Positions 57,270 to 64,000 of a DNA stretch of 64,000 nt are shown piece by piece. The stretch is from the human T2T-CHM13v2.0 reference genome, Homo sapiens: the NCBI RefSeq assembly GCF_009914755.1, contig NC_060927.1; one strand, 5' to 3'. The position numbers and the translations under genes were made by a program. Position 1 is the first letter of the stretch. Every line of letters begins with the position of its first letter. The notes under the pieces are model-generated. The model was not told the DNA's origin. It made no database searches and worked only from the letters and a program-made list of their open reading frames with translations.

Positions 57270-57460
57270 GTATGTTGGTGTCAGAGTTCTAAGCTTTATA
57301 TTTTGGCTCCACCACTGTGTGGTTCTGGGCAAGTCACTGAACCTCTCTGTGCCTTTTTCCTTATCTGTAAAATGGGAATAATAATAGTGCGTACTTCAAA
57401 TAGTTATTGTAAAGTACTTAAAATGGTGTCTGGCACATAACAAGCCTGGCTATTATTATA
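57270..57460 (+). mobile_element. MIR SINE
   Basis: ctgggcaagtcactgaacctctctgtgcc...tctgtaaaatgggaataataatag. Confidence 0.85.
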
Positions 57461-57649
57461 TTTATTAGGATGAAGGTGCATTTTAATATGCTTGATATAA
57501 TTGGGGTAGGGCTTCCAGAAGTAAAAGGGTCTGAGCCTCATAAAGGCCTTAAAACAACTCTGATCACTTCTATGTGACTGTATTTTTATGTAAATCAGGT
57601 ATAACTCAGATTGTAAACTACAGAGTGTGATTGCATCTTTATAAAAATT

Positions 57650-59640
<1,991 letters not shown>

Positions 59641-60394
59641 TATTTATTTTGAATTCCTTGTTGTTTTTCAAGATTTTCAGTGTTGCAATGATCTGCCTTT
59701 GAAGGCTTAACCTCTCTGAGACCTCTTGCAGTCTCTTATTTTACAGTTTCTTCTTCCAACTTAGCCTTTATTCTCCACCACCTGATGAAATAAAATAACC
59801 CTAGACCACAATGAAATAAACAGGGTCCAAAACTTCATCACGTAAAATGTACAGTTGCATTCTTTCAATGTTGATTTAAAAAAATGTCTTTCAGGAGGCT
59901 TGTACTATCAAAAAAAGGCACAAAGGTAAAAATATTGAAGCATATTATATACAATTATCCATATATCCAACTGAGCAAGTCCCAATTACGTTATTTTATT
60001 TCATTTTTATTCATTACTTTTCAACTTTTATTTTCGATTCAGTGGGTACATGTGCAGGTCTGTTACCAGGGTATATTGTACAATGCTGAGGTCTGGGGTA
60101 ACAATGATCCCGACACGCAGCTACTGAGCATAGTACCCAACAGTTTTTCAACCCTTGCCCCACTCTCTCCCTCCCCACTCAGTGGTCCCCAGTGTCTATT
60201 ATTACCATCTTTATCTCCATGATTACCCAATGTTTAACTCTCACTTATAAGTGAGAACATATGGTACTTGTTTTTCTGTTCCTGCATTCATTTGCTTAGG
60301 ATAATGACCTCCAGCTGCATCAATGTTGCTGCAAAGAACATGATTTTGTTCTTTTTTATGGCTGCATAGTATTCCTGGAGAGAGAGATATAGTA

Positions 60395-60566
60395 TTTTCC
60401 TTTATATTATATATAACATATACATATAGAACATAATATTATGTGTATATAATAATATATAATATCATATATAATTATATTATGTATTATATTATATAAT
60501 ACATATTATATAATATAATTATAATATAATATATTATATATTATAATATAATTCATTTATATATTT

Positions 60567-60606
<40 letters not shown>
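60395..60606. repeat. AT-rich (TA)n-like low-complexity tract followed by (CA)n
   Basis: Direct. Confidence 0.9.
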
Positions 60607-60610
<4 letters not shown>

Positions 60611-61103
60611 TTTTCTTTATCCAGTCCACTATTGATTGGCATCTAGGTTGATTCCATGTCTTTGCTGTTGTGACAGTGCTGTGATGAACACGTGAGTGCC
60701 TGTGTCTTTTTGGTAGAACGATTTTTCTTTTTAATATATACCCAGTAATGAGATTGCTGGGTTGAATGGTAACTCTAAGTTCTCTGAGAAACCTCCACAC
60801 TGCTTTCCACAGTGGCTGAACTAATTTACATTCCCACCAGCAGAGTATAAGCATTCCCTGTTCTCTGCAGCTTTGCTGGCATCTGTTGTTTTTTGATTTT
60901 TTAACAAGCCATTTAATAATTGCCATCTGGTGTGAGATGGTATCTCATTGTGGTTTTGACTTGCATTTCTCTGATGATCAGGGATGCAGAGCATTATTTC
61001 ACATGCTTGTTGGCTGCTTGTATGTCCTCTTTTGAGAAGGGTCTGTTCATGTCTTTTGCCCACTTTTTAATGGGGTTTATTTTTTATTTGTTGAACCATT
61101 TAA

Positions 61104-61760
<657 letters not shown>

Positions 61761-62374
61761 AGATTCTGTATATCAGACCTTTGCTGGATGCATAGCTTGG
61801 AAACATTTTCTCCCATTCTGTAGGTTGTCTGTTTACTCTTTAGTTTAATTAGGTTTACTCTTTAGTTAAATTAGAAGCTCTAGTTTAATTAGGTGTCACT
61901 TGTCAATTTTTGTTTTTGTTGCAACTGCTTTTGAGGACTTAGTCATAAATTCTTCCCCAAGGCCAATGTCCAAAATGGTGTTTCCTAGGTTTTCTTCTAG
62001 GATTCTTATATTTTGAGGTATTACATTTAAATCTTTAATCCAGCTTGAGTTAATTTTTGTATGTAGTGAAAAGTAGGGGTCCAATTTCATTCTTTTGCAT
62101 ATGGCTAACCGGCCATCCAAGCACCATTTATTCAATAGGAAGTCCTTTCCCCATTGCTTATTTTTGTTAACTTTGTTGAAGATCTGATGGTTATAGGTGT
62201 GTGGCTTTATTTCTGGATTCTCTATTCTGTTCCATTGGTCTATATGTCTGTTTTTGTACCAGTACCATGATGTTTTGGTTACCGTAGCCTTATAGTTAGT
62301 TTGAAGTCAGGTAATATGATGCCTCTGGCTTTGTTCTTTTTGCTTAACGTTGCTTTGGCTATTTGGGCTTTTCA

Positions 62375-62762
62375 TATTATTATTATCACTATTACTAGAG
62401 GTAGAGTCTTTCTCTGTTACCCAGGCTGGAGTGCAGTGACACCACCATAGCTCACAGCAGCCTTGAACTTCTGGGCTCAAGCATCATCCCACCTCAGCCT
62501 CCTGAGTAGCTGGAACTATAGGTGTGTGCCACCATGCCTGGCTACTTTTTAAAATTTTTTTTTGTGTCAGACTCAGGGAAAAAAGAAAAAATTTTAAAAC
62601 TAAATATAAGACCAAAATAAAAAAAAGAGAAAACAAATTTTTGTAGAGATGGGGTCTCACTGTGTTTCCCAGGCTGGTCTCGAACTCCTGGCCTCAGGTG
62701 ATCTTCCCATCTCAACTTCCCAAAGTGCTGGGATTACAGCCATGAACCACTGTGCCTGGCCT
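62375..62762 (-). mobile_element. AluJ-like SINE with a short A-rich insertion in the linker
   Basis: Both monomers present, separated by about 70 bp of non-Alu sequence. Confidence 0.88.
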
Positions 62763-63679
62763 CAATTCAGTTACTTCAGAACATGTCCCCTGTGTCCCCT
62801 GTTTCCCCCTAGTACTGAGCCTGCACTATTACCTGCAATAGCTGTGCCTGCGATTCTCCTGCCAACATGATCACACACATTCAATCCAGTACCTTCAATG
62901 CAACCAGGCAGACCGACGCAGGCACTCACCCTCTCTTTCTGTGTGCGTGCAGACCAAATTGATGGCAATGGCCAGCTTTCAGAGCCCCATAAGCTGTGCA
63001 TATCCCAAACATTATCTCTAATCGAAGCACCCACCCTGTAGGGTAAGTGTTATTATCCCTTTAGTTTGCTTCAGTTTGAGACTCACGTTTGAGAACTGAG
63101 GCAAGGCAAGAACCCGGAGTGCACCTCATCACATGAAAATATGCATTATCTTGTAGGTTACTGAATATGGCCTTCCAGGTCTTTTGAAGTAGCAGGATGC
63201 ATATCTTGAATGAGTATTGGAATTTCAAAAAGGGAGATAAGATTGCTGAGGTATTTAATCGTTACCTGTTCCACATCATAGAGGGACGTTTTCAACATTA
63301 CTCTTATAAATGAGGCCAGTGTTATTCTGAGAATATTATTCTTTCTTACTTTTCCTCTTTGACAGACTGTTATTTGCTTGGCATGTTATTCCTGTTTCTA
63401 TTAAGGTTATTCCCTCTTTGGTTTATAGACTAATGAGCCTGGTATGTTTTTATGTATCTGAACACTAATTTTAATTCTGATGTTAACTGGAACCTCTTGT
63501 CTTTCATTCTTCAGTATTTGTGTAAAGAAATGCTTTCAATATTCTTACTTCTAAATCCAAACTGACTCATGCAACCATATGATCTATTATGTATTCTAGT
63601 AAAACTGTTCTGGATCATTTACATATGAAGATGCATATTATTTTGTTATGATCATTTCATTTCTCCTTTTATGACAGAG

Positions 63680-64000
63680 TGTGAGAAAAAGCAGTCCCTG
63701 ACACCCCAGTTGGCTTGGCACTCACTTGTGGGGTTTTTCTGTTACATGTAAACAATTCCACAGAACACCGGTATTGGATAAGGCCACCCAGATGGGGATG
63801 GCTCTAGATAAAAACAAGAACATTCCCTAATCACGTCTGAACATAGACAAAACATGAACATTCTCCAAACCACAGAGATGACCAAACCTCCCCGTATCCT
63901 GGCTAATAGGAGTGACTGCTGCTTTTTCACATTGATAGCTTTAGCCTGGCTCTAGTCTTCCCTCCTTCTAGATGAAGTTAATTAAAATACCCAACCATAG
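63680..64000 (+). mobile_element. MER21-like (ERVL) LTR, runs off the window end
   Basis: tgtgagaaaaagcagtccctgacacc...taaacaattccacagaacacc...gacaaaacatgaacatt...gagtgactgctgc. Confidence 0.75.

Overview
Primate (most likely human) non-coding genomic DNA that is very repeat-dense. It holds about 60 Alu copies, old and young L1 fragments, L2/MIR, MaLR LTRs (MST, THE1), two ERVL-class proviral remnants, solo LTRs and hAT/Tigger DNA-transposon fossils. I find no intact protein-coding gene. The ORF track is almost all Alu/L1/ERV or chance ORFs. The one host-gene-derived feature is an intronless, disabled TEDDM/TMEM45 (DUF716)-family gene on the minus strand at about 22.36-22.83 kb, tentatively TEDDM3P. 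It has a large internal deletion, a frameshift, a nonsense codon, an AluY in the 3' UTR and an ERVL remnant abutting its promoter. The other notable structure is a 603-bp insertion with target-site duplications (TSDs) at 50532-51134 that looks like an L1-mediated retrocopy of an LTR-initiated non-coding transcript. Repeat family and subfamily names are recalled from memory of consensus sequences, not from a RepeatMasker run. Most boundaries are approximate (about ±10-30 bp; more for old elements).
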